Shown here piece by piece: positions 1 to 8,438 of a stretch of DNA of 62,635 nt. The stretch's first letter is position 1. The number at the start of each line of letters is the position of its first letter. The stretch lies in IMG/VR virus record IMGVR_UViG_3300048858_000128, positions 1 to 62,635 of that record, one strand, 5' to 3'. The translations under genes were made by a program, and so were the position numbers. This DNA comes from a virus (lineage: Duplodnaviria > Caudoviricetes). The notes under the pieces were generated by a model. That model saw only the letters and a list, made by a program, of their open reading frames with translations, had not been told where the DNA came from and ran no database searches.

Positions 1-201
1 TCACGACGCCTTCTTCTCCAAGCTCTCCTGCCAGGCATTTATCGCCGATGTTCGCCAGCGCACACAATTGACGCCGAGCTTGATAGGGGCAGGAAACAGG
101 TTCTTGTCGATCCACCGGTAGATCGTGCTGGGGTTCACTTGTGTGATTGCCTCGATATCCTTCAAGGTCAGGAAGGGATCAACGGCTTGGTTTGAGGACA
201 T
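1..201 (-). CDS. AlpA-family excisionase / recombination directionality factor
   Basis: 66 aa, FLTLKDI...STIYRWI...FPAPIKLG...VRW signature; at the prophage end. Confidence 0.9.
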   Translation of the reverse strand: MSSNQAVDPFLTLKDIEAITQVNPSTIYRWIDKNLFPAPIKLGVNCVRWRTSAINAWQESLEKKAS

Positions 202-466
202 GCGGAAACTCCGAAGGCATGCGCCGGGGCGCGTGTCATAATTTCAAAGGGGAAATGGCGCTGGGCGCCTCGGGTCTGTCCGCTCGCAATACTATGCGAA
301 AACATGCGAAGCCGGTCAAGCTGCCGCGCCATCTATTTTTGAGGAGAACGCCGGGAAAGGCGTTCAGTGCGCCAACGCGCTTGCAACCAGCCACACCACG
401 CTGATCACGATCGCGACGACAATTACGCGGCCCTGTGGCCGCGCCGCCTGGGTGAAATGCCGTGCC

Positions 467-802
467 TTAAGCTTCGTCATGGCGATGCCGTCTCCCGATC
501 TCGGCGCTTCTTATGCGGAATGCCTTCAGGATGATCTCGACGATGATAACGCCGCCTATACCGATGATGAAACCCCCGACGCTGGCAGACTGTTCCCCCG
601 GCACCTCGAGGTGACCCAACGCCCACTGAAACATCGGTATCCCGATCGGCGCCAGAAAGTATGCCGCGACGGCACCGACGAACAAGCGACGGATGCCGGA
701 GCCGATCCCGTTCCATTCCATCGCGACCGACACGGCGCTACCTGCGATGCCTGCCATTGCAGTCTTCACGTCGTCGATGGTGATATAGTCCCAGAAGCTC
801 AT
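467..802 (-). CDS. Probable holin
   Basis: Start re-assigned to MSFWDY (ATGA overlap with the o-spanin stop); about three hydrophobic helices, basic C-terminus, within the lysis cassette. Confidence 0.65.
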   Translation of the reverse strand: MSFWDYITIDDVKTAMAGIAGSAVSVAMEWNGIGSGIRRLFVGAVAAYFLAPIGIPMFQWALGHLEVPGEQSASVGGFIIGIGGVIIVEIILKAFRIRSAEIGRRHRHDEA

Positions 803-1095
803 CGAGGAAGGCCTCCGGTCGCTCGGCGGAATTGCTTGTAGGTCTCGATCGAGACTTTGCAGGATTTCAGGCCGTCGTAGAGGCTGGCGGTATAATTCGC
901 CCACTCCCTATCGGCGGCGCCCTTTGGGGGCAGCTTCGGCATCGCCGGCGTCGGAAGCTGCTGCTCCGGCCGGTCCTGCGACTGGTAGGCTACCGTTGGC
1001 CCCGTCACGGTCACCCTCTCCTTCGAGGAGACGCAAGCCGTCAAAGAGAGCAGTGAAAGGAGCACTATCGCGAACCGCGCTGCTTTCCGGGGCAT
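799..1095 (-). CDS. o-spanin (Rz1-like lipoprotein)
   Basis: MPRKAARFAIVLLSLLSLTAC lipobox, Pro-rich segment, overlaps the i-spanin in another frame. Confidence 0.8.
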   Translation of the reverse strand: MPRKAARFAIVLLSLLSLTACVSSKERVTVTGPTVAYQSQDRPEQQLPTPAMPKLPPKGAADREWANYTASLYDGLKSCKVSIETYKQFRRATGGLPR

Positions 1096-1381
1096 TGTCG
1101 ATATCCTTTTTGATCTCTGCCATCCGAACCGCGAGGGTGCGCTCTGCAAGAGCTCTCGCCAGTTCCGCGGTAAGCAGGGCGTCCTTTTCCTGGACGATGC
1201 GGTTGTGGTTCTTCTCCGACTGTTCGAGGTCGGCGTTCGCCTCGTCGAGCTGCCGCTTGGCGAGCGCTTTTTCAGCGGTCAGCGTTTCGATGGTCTGCCC
1301 GCGCCAATGGAACGCCAGGCCAACTCCGACGAGGGCGAGCAGCAGGACGGCGCAAGCGATGATGAGGCCCTTCTGGATCAT
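908..1381 (-). CDS. i-spanin (Rz-like)
   Basis: N-terminal TM helix followed by a coiled coil; directly downstream of the endolysin. Confidence 0.8.
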   Translation of the reverse strand: MIQKGLIIACAVLLLALVGVGLAFHWRGQTIETLTAEKALAKRQLDEANADLEQSEKNHNRIVQEKDALLTAELARALAERTLAVRMAEIKKDIDNAPESSAVRDSAPFTALFDGLRLLEGEGDRDGANGSLPVAGPAGAAASDAGDAEAAPKGRRR

Positions 1382-1387
1382 CGCGAC

Positions 1388-1918
1388 CTAGAGCAGCTTG
1401 GCGACGGCGGCGCGGAGATTGTCGCCGCAGGCCTGCGCCCCTTTGACACTCGGCGCGAAAGCGAGGCGCGTGAAATCCCACTTGCCGCGCTGCTGGATGC
1501 CAAGGTTCGACTGAACCTCGGCGTGCGAGAGCACCGTCTTCGGGCCGACCGGGATCTTGTATTCCCGGCAGAGGTCGGCAACGACGGCCGCCAGCGTATC
1601 CCACTGCTTTTCAGTCATGGGATGTTTGCCCGGATTGAACGGTGCTTCGACCGCATCGGCCATGCAGCAGAGCGATACGCCGATCGAGCCCGTATTGCAG
1701 TTGAGGGTATGGGCGGCATAGTTCTTGCCAACCGGCGCCTGGTTGGCGTCGATCGTGGGGATGCCGCGGATCAGCTTGCCGTCGGCCTCGATCAGGATGT
1801 GATAGTGCCCGCGGTCAAAATCAGACGCCTTATGGGCGCCTGCCGTCCAATGGCAGATGATCCGCTGCATCTTCGCGGCGGGCTTCCAGTCCTCGGGGAT
1901 GATGTTTGTTGCGCTCAT
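1388..1918 (-). CDS. Endolysin, N-acetylmuramoyl-L-alanine amidase (Amidase_2)
   Basis: RIICHWTAG, YHILI, AAHTLNCNTGSIGVSL, VLSHAE..GKWD motifs; start at MSATN with GGAG upstream. Confidence 0.9.
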   Translation of the reverse strand: MSATNIIPEDWKPAAKMQRIICHWTAGAHKASDFDRGHYHILIEADGKLIRGIPTIDANQAPVGKNYAAHTLNCNTGSIGVSLCCMADAVEAPFNPGKHPMTEKQWDTLAAVVADLCREYKIPVGPKTVLSHAEVQSNLGIQQRGKWDFTRLAFAPSVKGAQACGDNLRAAVAKLL

Positions 1919-1940
1919 TTTGGCAGCTCCATGGATGAAG

Positions 1941-2039
1941 CCGCACGTCCTGCGCAGACGCCTGTTCAATAACACGCGCCTCTTATTGCAACAATCCGCC
2001 ATTTCCAGTAATTAGAACGTGACTGCGCAAGACGTGCTG
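1941..2039. promoter_or_regulatory. Divergent late control region (lysis / capsid) with two GCGC-A(N)4-GTGC hairpins
   Basis: CTGCGCAGGACGTGCGG on - (1941-1957) and CTGCGCAAGACGTGCTG on + (2023-2039) flank an AT-rich core. Confidence 0.65.
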
Positions 2040-2066
2040 ATTGTCCTCAACAGGAGATTGGCACTC

Positions 2067-3167
2067 ATGGCCCCCACGACAGTCCCCTTCGGCTCCCCTC
2101 TCGCCGTCAAAAAGTGGTCCGGCAGCCTCATGGTCGACACCATGCGGAAGAGCTATTGGGACCGCAAGTTCATCGGCGAAAGCGACGAATACGCGATCCA
2201 GCGGCTCACCGACCTCGAATCCGATGCCGGCGACACCATCACCTTCGACCTTTCCGTCCAGCTCCGCGCCAAGCCGACTTATGGTGACCAGCGCCTGCAG
2301 GGCAAGGAAGAGAACCTTCGTTTCTTCTCGGACGAGATCAAAATCGACCAGATGAGGCACGGCGTCTCCGCCGGCGGCAAGATGAGCCGCAAGCGCACCA
2401 CGCACAACATCCGAAAGATCGGCAAGGACCGCCTCTCGGATTACTGGTCCAAGTTCACCGACCAGATGATTTTCATCTACACCGCCGGCGCGCGTGGCAT
2501 GAATGAAAACTTCATCGAGTCGACGGATTGGACCGGCCACGCCACCAACCCGATCCAGGCTCCCGACACCGACCATATCCTCTATGGCGGCGACGCGACC
2601 AGCAAGGGCTCCATCGACGCCGCCGACAAGATGACCAAGGCGACGATCGAGAAGGCCGGCGTCAAGGCGAGCATGATGGCCGCCACCACTCCGGAAAATG
2701 CCCAGATGATGCCGCTGATGATCAATGGCGAGAGCCATTACGTCTGCGTCATGAGCAAGTTCCAGGCTCACGATATGCGCACCGCCGATACCAGCGGCTG
2801 GCTGGAAATCCAGAAGGCGCTCATCACGGCGGAAGGCAAGAACACCCCAATCTTCAAGGGTGGCCTCGGCATGATCAACAACACCGTCCTGCATGAGCAT
2901 GAGGACGTAATCCGCTTCTCGGATTACGGCGCCGGCAACAACGTCGCGGCCGCTCGCGCTCTCTTCATGGGCCGCCAGGCTGCCGTTATTGCCTTCGGCT
3001 CCACGGGGGGCTTCCGCTTCTCTTGGACGGAAGAGATGCAGGACCACGGCAACGAGCCGGTGATCTCGGCCGGCCTGATCGTGGGCGTCAAGAAGACCCG
3101 GTTCAATAGCCGCGACTTCGGCGTCCTCGCTCTGGACACCGCCGCAAAAGATCCCAACGCACCCTAA
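2067..3167 (+). CDS. Major capsid protein, N4-gp56 family
   Basis: LESDAGDTITFDL, GKEENL, IDQMRHGV, IFKGGLGMINNTVLHEH, LFMGRQA motifs; CAGGAG RBS. Confidence 0.92.
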   Translation: MAPTTVPFGSPLAVKKWSGSLMVDTMRKSYWDRKFIGESDEYAIQRLTDLESDAGDTITFDLSVQLRAKPTYGDQRLQGKEENLRFFSDEIKIDQMRHGVSAGGKMSRKRTTHNIRKIGKDRLSDYWSKFTDQMIFIYTAGARGMNENFIESTDWTGHATNPIQAPDTDHILYGGDATSKGSIDAADKMTKATIEKAGVKASMMAATTPENAQMMPLMINGESHYVCVMSKFQAHDMRTADTSGWLEIQKALITAEGKNTPIFKGGLGMINNTVLHEHEDVIRFSDYGAGNNVAAARALFMGRQAAVIAFGSTGGFRFSWTEEMQDHGNEPVISAGLIVGVKKTRFNSRDFGVLALDTAAKDPNAP

Positions 3168-3224
3168 CCGTTTGGCGGGCCTAGCTCGCCAAACTCCCCC
3201 TTTATCACGGCCAGGAGACTTTCG

Positions 3225-3680
3225 ATGGCGCTCATCCAGAGCAAATACTCCAAGGGCATTGTCCTCGCGCCCTTCCCGGCTTTCGCCGGCCACGTCGTTG
3301 CGCATCGCTTCAGCCACATCTTCACGGCTGCGCCGGCACTCAACGACATCCTTGAACTCGCCCCTATCCCGGTCGGTTGCCGCGTCATGGATCTGATCCT
3401 CGATGCCGATGACATGGACAGCGGCACTGTCCTCACCTGCGACGTTGGCGTCATGTCCGGCCTCTTTGGTGTCAACGACAACGCTCGCACCGTCGGCGCC
3501 GAGTTCTTCTCCGCTTCGGCGCTCCTTCAGGGCGGCGGTGTTGCCCGTCCGACCTTGAAAACCGCGTTCCGCGTAACTCCCACCGACACCACCCGCGGGA
3601 TCGGCATCAAGATCACCGGCAGCATCGCGACCTTCACGCCCGGCGAGATTGGCCTCACCGCCTACTACGCGACCACGTAA
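3225..3680 (+). CDS. Virion structural protein (possible capsid decoration)
   Basis: Immediately after the capsid gene; beta-rich 151 aa; AGGAG RBS. Confidence 0.6.
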   Translation: MALIQSKYSKGIVLAPFPAFAGHVVAHRFSHIFTAAPALNDILELAPIPVGCRVMDLILDADDMDSGTVLTCDVGVMSGLFGVNDNARTVGAEFFSASALLQGGGVARPTLKTAFRVTPTDTTRGIGIKITGSIATFTPGEIGLTAYYATT

Positions 3681-3702
3681 CCGAGCCGCCTTTGCACTTC
3701 GA

Positions 3703-3736
3703 TGGGGGGCTCGTGCGCGAGGCCCCCTCTTTTTTG
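3703..3736 (+). terminator. Rho-independent terminator after the capsid genes
   Basis: GGGGGCTCG...CGAGGCCCCC stem followed by TCTTTTTT. Confidence 0.65.
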
Positions 3737-3748
3737 AGAGGAATTGGT

Positions 3749-4027
3749 ATGGCGCTCATTCAATGCAAGCTCGGGCCAGGCGAACGAACGGTTGGAAGCG
3801 ACACATATGCTTTCCGTACCGACGAGCACGGCAGAGCGGTTGCCGAGGTACCTAACCTCGCCCACCAGATCTGCTTTCTTTCGGTCGAGCATTATCTCAT
3901 CGCTCCGGAGCTCCCGGCGTCGACCCCGCTGGACCCCGATGGGCAACCGGCCTCGCCTCTGTCTCCCCCGCAGCCACCCGCCGCTCCGGTAGTGCCGGCA
4001 CGTCGCGGTAAGCGTCGTCAGGGGTAA
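3749..4027 (+). CDS. Hypothetical protein
   Basis: GAGG RBS, ATG at 3749, within the head operon. Confidence 0.65.
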   Translation: MALIQCKLGPGERTVGSDTYAFRTDEHGRAVAEVPNLAHQICFLSVEHYLIAPELPASTPLDPDGQPASPLSPPQPPAAPVVPARRGKRRQG

Positions 4028-4029
4028 CG

Positions 4030-4710
4030 ATGAAGGCGAAGGACATCATGCTTCGCGTCTCGGTCGATCTTCTCGACAGCGATCACGTGCGTTGGCCGCT
4101 CGACGAGCTGGCGCACCACATAGAGGACGCGGTGAAAGCGATCATCGTCGCCAAGCCATCGGCCTCGAGCGGACTCATGGAATTGACGCTGGCGAAAGGC
4201 ACCAAGCAGGCTGTGCCCGACAATGTCGTTCAGCTTCTTGACGTCGTTCGCAACATCGAGGGCGCGAACGGTGCCGCCGGCCGTATGATACGTTCAGTTT
4301 CCCGAGCCGAACTCGATGCGAACGCTCCCAGATGGCACGATCCGGCCTATGTGCCGTTCCGGCGCGAGGTGCGGCATTTCGTGTTCGACGAGCTGCTGCC
4401 CAAAAACTACTTCGTTTTCCCAGGCAATGACGGCACCGGCCGGGTAGAAGCTGCCGTCTCAAAGCTACCGCCGCTGATCACCGAGCTGCAGGACGGAGAC
4501 GTTACGGACATCGAGACGTGGGACGTCGAAGTCGGCATCGATGACCAATATCAGCCCGCGGTGCAGGATTACGTTCTCTATCGCGCCAACAGCAAGGAAG
4601 ACACGGCAGCAGATCCGGGCAAGGCGGTTCGGCATTTTCAGGCCTTCGCCACCGCGATCGGCATCCAGTCACAGGTCGAAAGCTCCACCAGCCCGGGACG
4701 GAGGAAGTAA
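4030..4710 (+). CDS. Head-tail adaptor-like virion protein
   Basis: VRWPLDEL, LAKGTKQ, DYVLYRA.SKE motifs typical of podovirus adaptors; position. Confidence 0.7.
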   Translation: MKAKDIMLRVSVDLLDSDHVRWPLDELAHHIEDAVKAIIVAKPSASSGLMELTLAKGTKQAVPDNVVQLLDVVRNIEGANGAAGRMIRSVSRAELDANAPRWHDPAYVPFRREVRHFVFDELLPKNYFVFPGNDGTGRVEAAVSKLPPLITELQDGDVTDIETWDVEVGIDDQYQPAVQDYVLYRANSKEDTAADPGKAVRHFQAFATAIGIQSQVESSTSPGRRK

Positions 4711-5336
4711 TGCCCCAGATGTTGGACATCGACGACTTTCTGCCGGACGCGCTGCGCTACGCTCCGAATGTGAGCGACCTGGTTGCCCAGCGATGCGTCA
4801 TCGCCGCAGCGCGAGAGTTCTGTGAGCGGCTGAAGCTATGGCGCGAAGACGATACGTTCCCAATCACGGCGCCCGACATGCAGGGTCTTTCTACCTACCG
4901 AGACGCCGACATCGTCAGCATCGAGTCCGCAAGGCTGGACGATCATCCACTAGAACCGAAGCCGATCGCCTGGCTCGATGCCAATTGCCCGGGTTGGTCT
5001 TTCGAGACAGAGAACGTCGGCTCTGCTCGTTACGTCACTCAGCTTGAACCGAATACGGTGACGGTTGTTCCGCGTGCCACCGGCACGATGAAAATTCGCC
5101 TTGTGCTGAAACCGGCCCGGGACGCCTTCTCGCTGCCGGCCTTCCTCCTCAACGATCATGGCGAGACGATCAGCCGCGGCGCCGCTGCCAAGATCCTGAC
5201 CGAGCCCAACTCCGACAATCCTCAGCTGGGCCTCGACCATCGCGCATGGTTCGAAGCGAAGCTCGACAATTTGGCCGTCAAGGCAGTCAGGGGCCAACAA
5301 GGCGCCCCGCTGCGCACGAGAGGAGCATATCTCTGA
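4710..5336 (+). CDS. Second adaptor-like virion protein
   Basis: AAREFCE..KLWR motif; coupled to the previous gene. Confidence 0.6.
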   Translation: MPQMLDIDDFLPDALRYAPNVSDLVAQRCVIAAAREFCERLKLWREDDTFPITAPDMQGLSTYRDADIVSIESARLDDHPLEPKPIAWLDANCPGWSFETENVGSARYVTQLEPNTVTVVPRATGTMKIRLVLKPARDAFSLPAFLLNDHGETISRGAAAKILTEPNSDNPQLGLDHRAWFEAKLDNLAVKAVRGQQGAPLRTRGAYL

Positions 5337-5752
5337 TGCCAGCCACCACTTATGCCGGCAACGCTATCCTCAACCTTTTCCTCCGCGGCGTCGCGCTTGC
5401 CCCTCCGACGCGCGTTTACGTCTCGCTTCACACGGGAGATCCCGGGCTGACAGGCGCGTCCGAGGTTACAACTGCCGAATGGCCTTCCTACGCTCGTCAG
5501 GACGCGGCGCAAGGCGGCGCGGTCGGCACTGGCTTCCACGCCTCGGCGTCGAAGGCATCAGAGAACGCCCTACTCATGTCATTCGGTGACAACAACGGCG
5601 CCGTGCCGGTGATCGTTACGCACTTTGGGATCTGGGACGCACCGACCGCCGGAAATTGTATTTTTGTCGGCGAACTCGATGATCCGAAGACTTATCTTCC
5701 GTCTGACGAGGCTGTCGTGCGGCAGAACGCCATAACGATCACGGTGGAATGA
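5336..5752 (+). CDS. Virion/tail structural protein
   Basis: YVSLHTGDPG, THFGIWDAPTAGN motifs. Confidence 0.7.
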   Translation: MPATTYAGNAILNLFLRGVALAPPTRVYVSLHTGDPGLTGASEVTTAEWPSYARQDAAQGGAVGTGFHASASKASENALLMSFGDNNGAVPVIVTHFGIWDAPTAGNCIFVGELDDPKTYLPSDEAVVRQNAITITVE

Positions 5753-6249
5753 TGATTTCCAACGGATCAGTGAATGGAAATGCGGTCAACGGCTACCCCT
5801 TGAACGGCGGTGGGTTCGTTGCGGAGGTGGCCGGCTCGGCGATCGTTGCCGTCTCTCCCGCGGGTGAGGCTAAGGCCCGTCGCATGGCTGCGGGATCAAC
5901 CGCGGTCGACATCGCTGGCCGGTTGATCACGGCGATCACCGGCATTTCCCCGGTTTCGATCGTGGTGTCCGGGTCGATGACGGCCCGGCGCCTCGCCACG
6001 GGCGCCAGCGGCGTTGCCATTACGTTCACCGGCTTTGCATTGCGGCGCCCCATCGCAAACGGGCGTGCCTTGATCCGCCTAATTCCTTTTGGCCAGGCAG
6101 GGTATTCATATCTCCGCCCGACGATGCGTAACCGCCGCAACGTCATCACTGAAAATCGCCGGACGCTTGTCCGCAGCGAAGATCGATCCTTTCCGATCCA
6201 CGCAGACGCGCGTCGAATCGTTGTCCCGCGCGAGTCGGAGGCCCGATGA
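5749..6249 (+). CDS. Tail-region protein
   Basis: Overlapping start/stop coupling within the tail operon. Confidence 0.55.
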   Translation: MMISNGSVNGNAVNGYPLNGGGFVAEVAGSAIVAVSPAGEAKARRMAAGSTAVDIAGRLITAITGISPVSIVVSGSMTARRLATGASGVAITFTGFALRRPIANGRALIRLIPFGQAGYSYLRPTMRNRRNVITENRRTLVRSEDRSFPIHADARRIVVPRESEAR

Positions 6250-6527
6250 GCACGACCATTCTGACAAAGGCTCCCGCCGACGTCCTTGACTACGATTTCG
6301 ATTTCTCCCGCTGGATGCCGTCTGGCGACCGCATCACAAACGCAATCGCCTCCCTGGCCGGCACCGGCGCGATCGTCACCGACGTCGAGTGGTCAGACCT
6401 CGTGGCGAGGATCTGGCTGTCCGGCGGCGCCAACGACGAAGCAGGAATTCTCGCCATCCTCATCACGACCCATGCCGGTCGTACCAAGGAAGTCACAGCA
6501 AGCGTGCGCATCAGGGAAGACGCTTAA
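6246..6527 (+). CDS. Fibre-tail adaptor-like protein
   Basis: KAPADVLDYDFDFSRW...IWLSGG...TTHAGRT motif. Confidence 0.7.
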   Translation: MSTTILTKAPADVLDYDFDFSRWMPSGDRITNAIASLAGTGAIVTDVEWSDLVARIWLSGGANDEAGILAILITTHAGRTKEVTASVRIREDA

Positions 6528-7784
6528 ATGGTTCTCAAAATTGCAAACAATGCGGTTTCCACTCTCGCCGCTTCAATCAACACCAGCGTAACCAGCCTTG
6601 CGCTGGCATCGGGCGATGCCGGCAAATTTCCAACGCTCGGCGCCGGCGATTGGTTTCCCCTGACCATCGTTGACCCGTCTGGCAATATGGAGATTGTGAG
6701 AGTGACCGCGCGAAGCGGGGCGACCCTCACCATTGTTCGAGCGCAGGAAGGTACCACGGCAAAGGCATTTGCTGCCGGCTCAAAATGTGACCTCCGCCTC
6801 ACGGCCGCTGCTTTGGCCGTGCTCCCGATCGCTGCCTCCGCCGTCACCGGGCTCACGGAACTGGTTGATACCTCCGTCGGGGCTGTCGTCGGTGAACCGC
6901 CGGAAGAGCTCGACACCCTCGAAAAGCTGGCCGGTGCGGTAGGAAATAACCCGACCTTCGCCCAGACCGTTACCACTCAGCTTGGGCAAAAGGCAGCTTC
7001 TGCCGATGTCTACACGAAGGCGCAGGTCGACGCGGCAATCGGTGCTGTTCAAGGCGTTCCATCCGGTATGATGACGCCCGGCGCAATGGCGACCGCTCCT
7101 ACTGGCTGGTTGAAGTGTAACGGTGCTGCGATAAGCAGAACGACTTACGCCGCACTGTTTGCAGCGCTCGTTACGAACGCAGGGTTCACCCAACAGGCGT
7201 TCACCGTCTCGATCGGTTCGCCGGGTCTTTTCACAAAAGCCGCTCACGGCTTTTTTGGCGGCGAGCGCCTTCGCTTAAGCACAAACGGCGCGCTGCCAAC
7301 GGGGTTGAATACAACCACCGACTACTTCGTCATCTTTGTCAGTGTCGACACGTTCTATTTGTCGACCTCTGACATAGCACCTGTCCCTATCAACACTTCA
7401 GGAACGCAGTCGGGGACACACACTTATCTGACGAGTTTGTGGGGACTTGGTGATGGGGCCACGACTTTCAACCTTCCCGATCTTCGCGGTGCATTCATTC
7501 GTGGGATGGAGGGATTTGGTCGAACCCTCGACGGTGGACGATCCATAGGTTCGTTCCAGCGAGATGCCATGCAGCCAATTACCGGTAGTGCGGGTGGCAC
7601 TCTGCCCGGCGCCGCCAACGGGGCATTCTTCTACTTCGGCGCGGCTACGGATTCGTGGAGCCGAGGCGGCGGTAGCGGCACGGCCACCGCATCGCGCGTC
7701 GACTTTGACAGCTCCAGGCAGGTCAGGACAGCGGCTGAAACCCGCCCTGTCAACGTCGCGGCGCACTACTTCATCAAGATCTGA
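6528..7784 (+). CDS. Tail fibre protein with tail-collar domain
   Basis: EIVRVTAR...RAQEGT N-terminus, ELDTLEKLA, GWLKCNGAAISRTTYAALF...FNLPDLRG collar, ETRPVNVA C-terminus. Confidence 0.9.
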   Translation: MVLKIANNAVSTLAASINTSVTSLALASGDAGKFPTLGAGDWFPLTIVDPSGNMEIVRVTARSGATLTIVRAQEGTTAKAFAAGSKCDLRLTAAALAVLPIAASAVTGLTELVDTSVGAVVGEPPEELDTLEKLAGAVGNNPTFAQTVTTQLGQKAASADVYTKAQVDAAIGAVQGVPSGMMTPGAMATAPTGWLKCNGAAISRTTYAALFAALVTNAGFTQQAFTVSIGSPGLFTKAAHGFFGGERLRLSTNGALPTGLNTTTDYFVIFVSVDTFYLSTSDIAPVPINTSGTQSGTHTYLTSLWGLGDGATTFNLPDLRGAFIRGMEGFGRTLDGGRSIGSFQRDAMQPITGSAGGTLPGAANGAFFYFGAATDSWSRGGGSGTATASRVDFDSSRQVRTAAETRPVNVAAHYFIKI

Positions 7785-7795
7785 GGAGGCGGAAG

Positions 7796-8419
7796 ATGGA
7801 TATTTATCACTATCACCCTGTGAGCGGCTTCTTTGTGGCGATCGGACAGGCTGATCCTGACCCTCTCGGAAACCCTGAAGGCGACCTTTCCCTGCCGTTT
7901 CTCATTCCGGCGTATGCGACAACCGTTGCGCCGCCGGAACCGGTCGCAGGTAAAGATAGGGCGTTTCGGGACGGCGCTTGGACCTATCTCGCAATCGCGC
8001 CTCCCGTCGAAGAGCCGGAACCAGAAGTATTTCCACCCTCGTCAGATGATGTAGACGCCGAACGCGATCGGCGCATAGCCGCCGGCTTCACATTTGAGGG
8101 CGTCCTCTACCAGGCCGACGAAGAGGCACGTGAGAACATCATGGGTGCGCACAAGGCCGCATCTGACGCGATGATGCTTTTCGGCGCAGAGGCCGGGAAC
8201 CTTGCGTGGCAGCAGCTCCTCGATCCGCACGCGCCGGCGGAGTTCAAATGGATCGCGGCGGACAATTCGCGGGTCTCCATGGACGCGCCGACCGTCCTGC
8301 GATTTGGCTATGCCGCTTTGGGCCACAAGTCCCGGCATATTTTCGCGGCGAGTGACCTAAAGAGCATGAGCTCGATACCCTCCGATTACGCTAGCAATCC
8401 GGCTTACTGGCCGATCTGA
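7796..8419 (+). CDS. Tail fibre assembly/chaperone-like protein (DUF4376-like)
   Basis: FLIPAYATT..PP, VDAERDRRIAAGF, WIAADN motifs; follows the fibre gene. Confidence 0.75.
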   Translation: MDIYHYHPVSGFFVAIGQADPDPLGNPEGDLSLPFLIPAYATTVAPPEPVAGKDRAFRDGAWTYLAIAPPVEEPEPEVFPPSSDDVDAERDRRIAAGFTFEGVLYQADEEARENIMGAHKAASDAMMLFGAEAGNLAWQQLLDPHAPAEFKWIAADNSRVSMDAPTVLRFGYAALGHKSRHIFAASDLKSMSSIPSDYASNPAYWPI

Positions 8420-8438
8420 CCGTCCGAGGTGAATATTC

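Noticed and set aside
2009-2020. TAATTAGAACGT identical to part of the LexA box at 31921-31932
   Set aside because: The first GAAC half-site is missing (TCCA-N7-GAAC), so it is not an SOS box.
3225-3763. Two adjacent genes both start MALIQ
   Set aside because: Only about 15 nt of similarity and no further homology; cannot be distinguished from chance or a shared translation-start context.
6528-8419. Possible tail-fibre shufflon or diversity-generating retroelement
   Set aside because: No invertase, reverse transcriptase, inverted crossover sites or template/variable repeat pair found.
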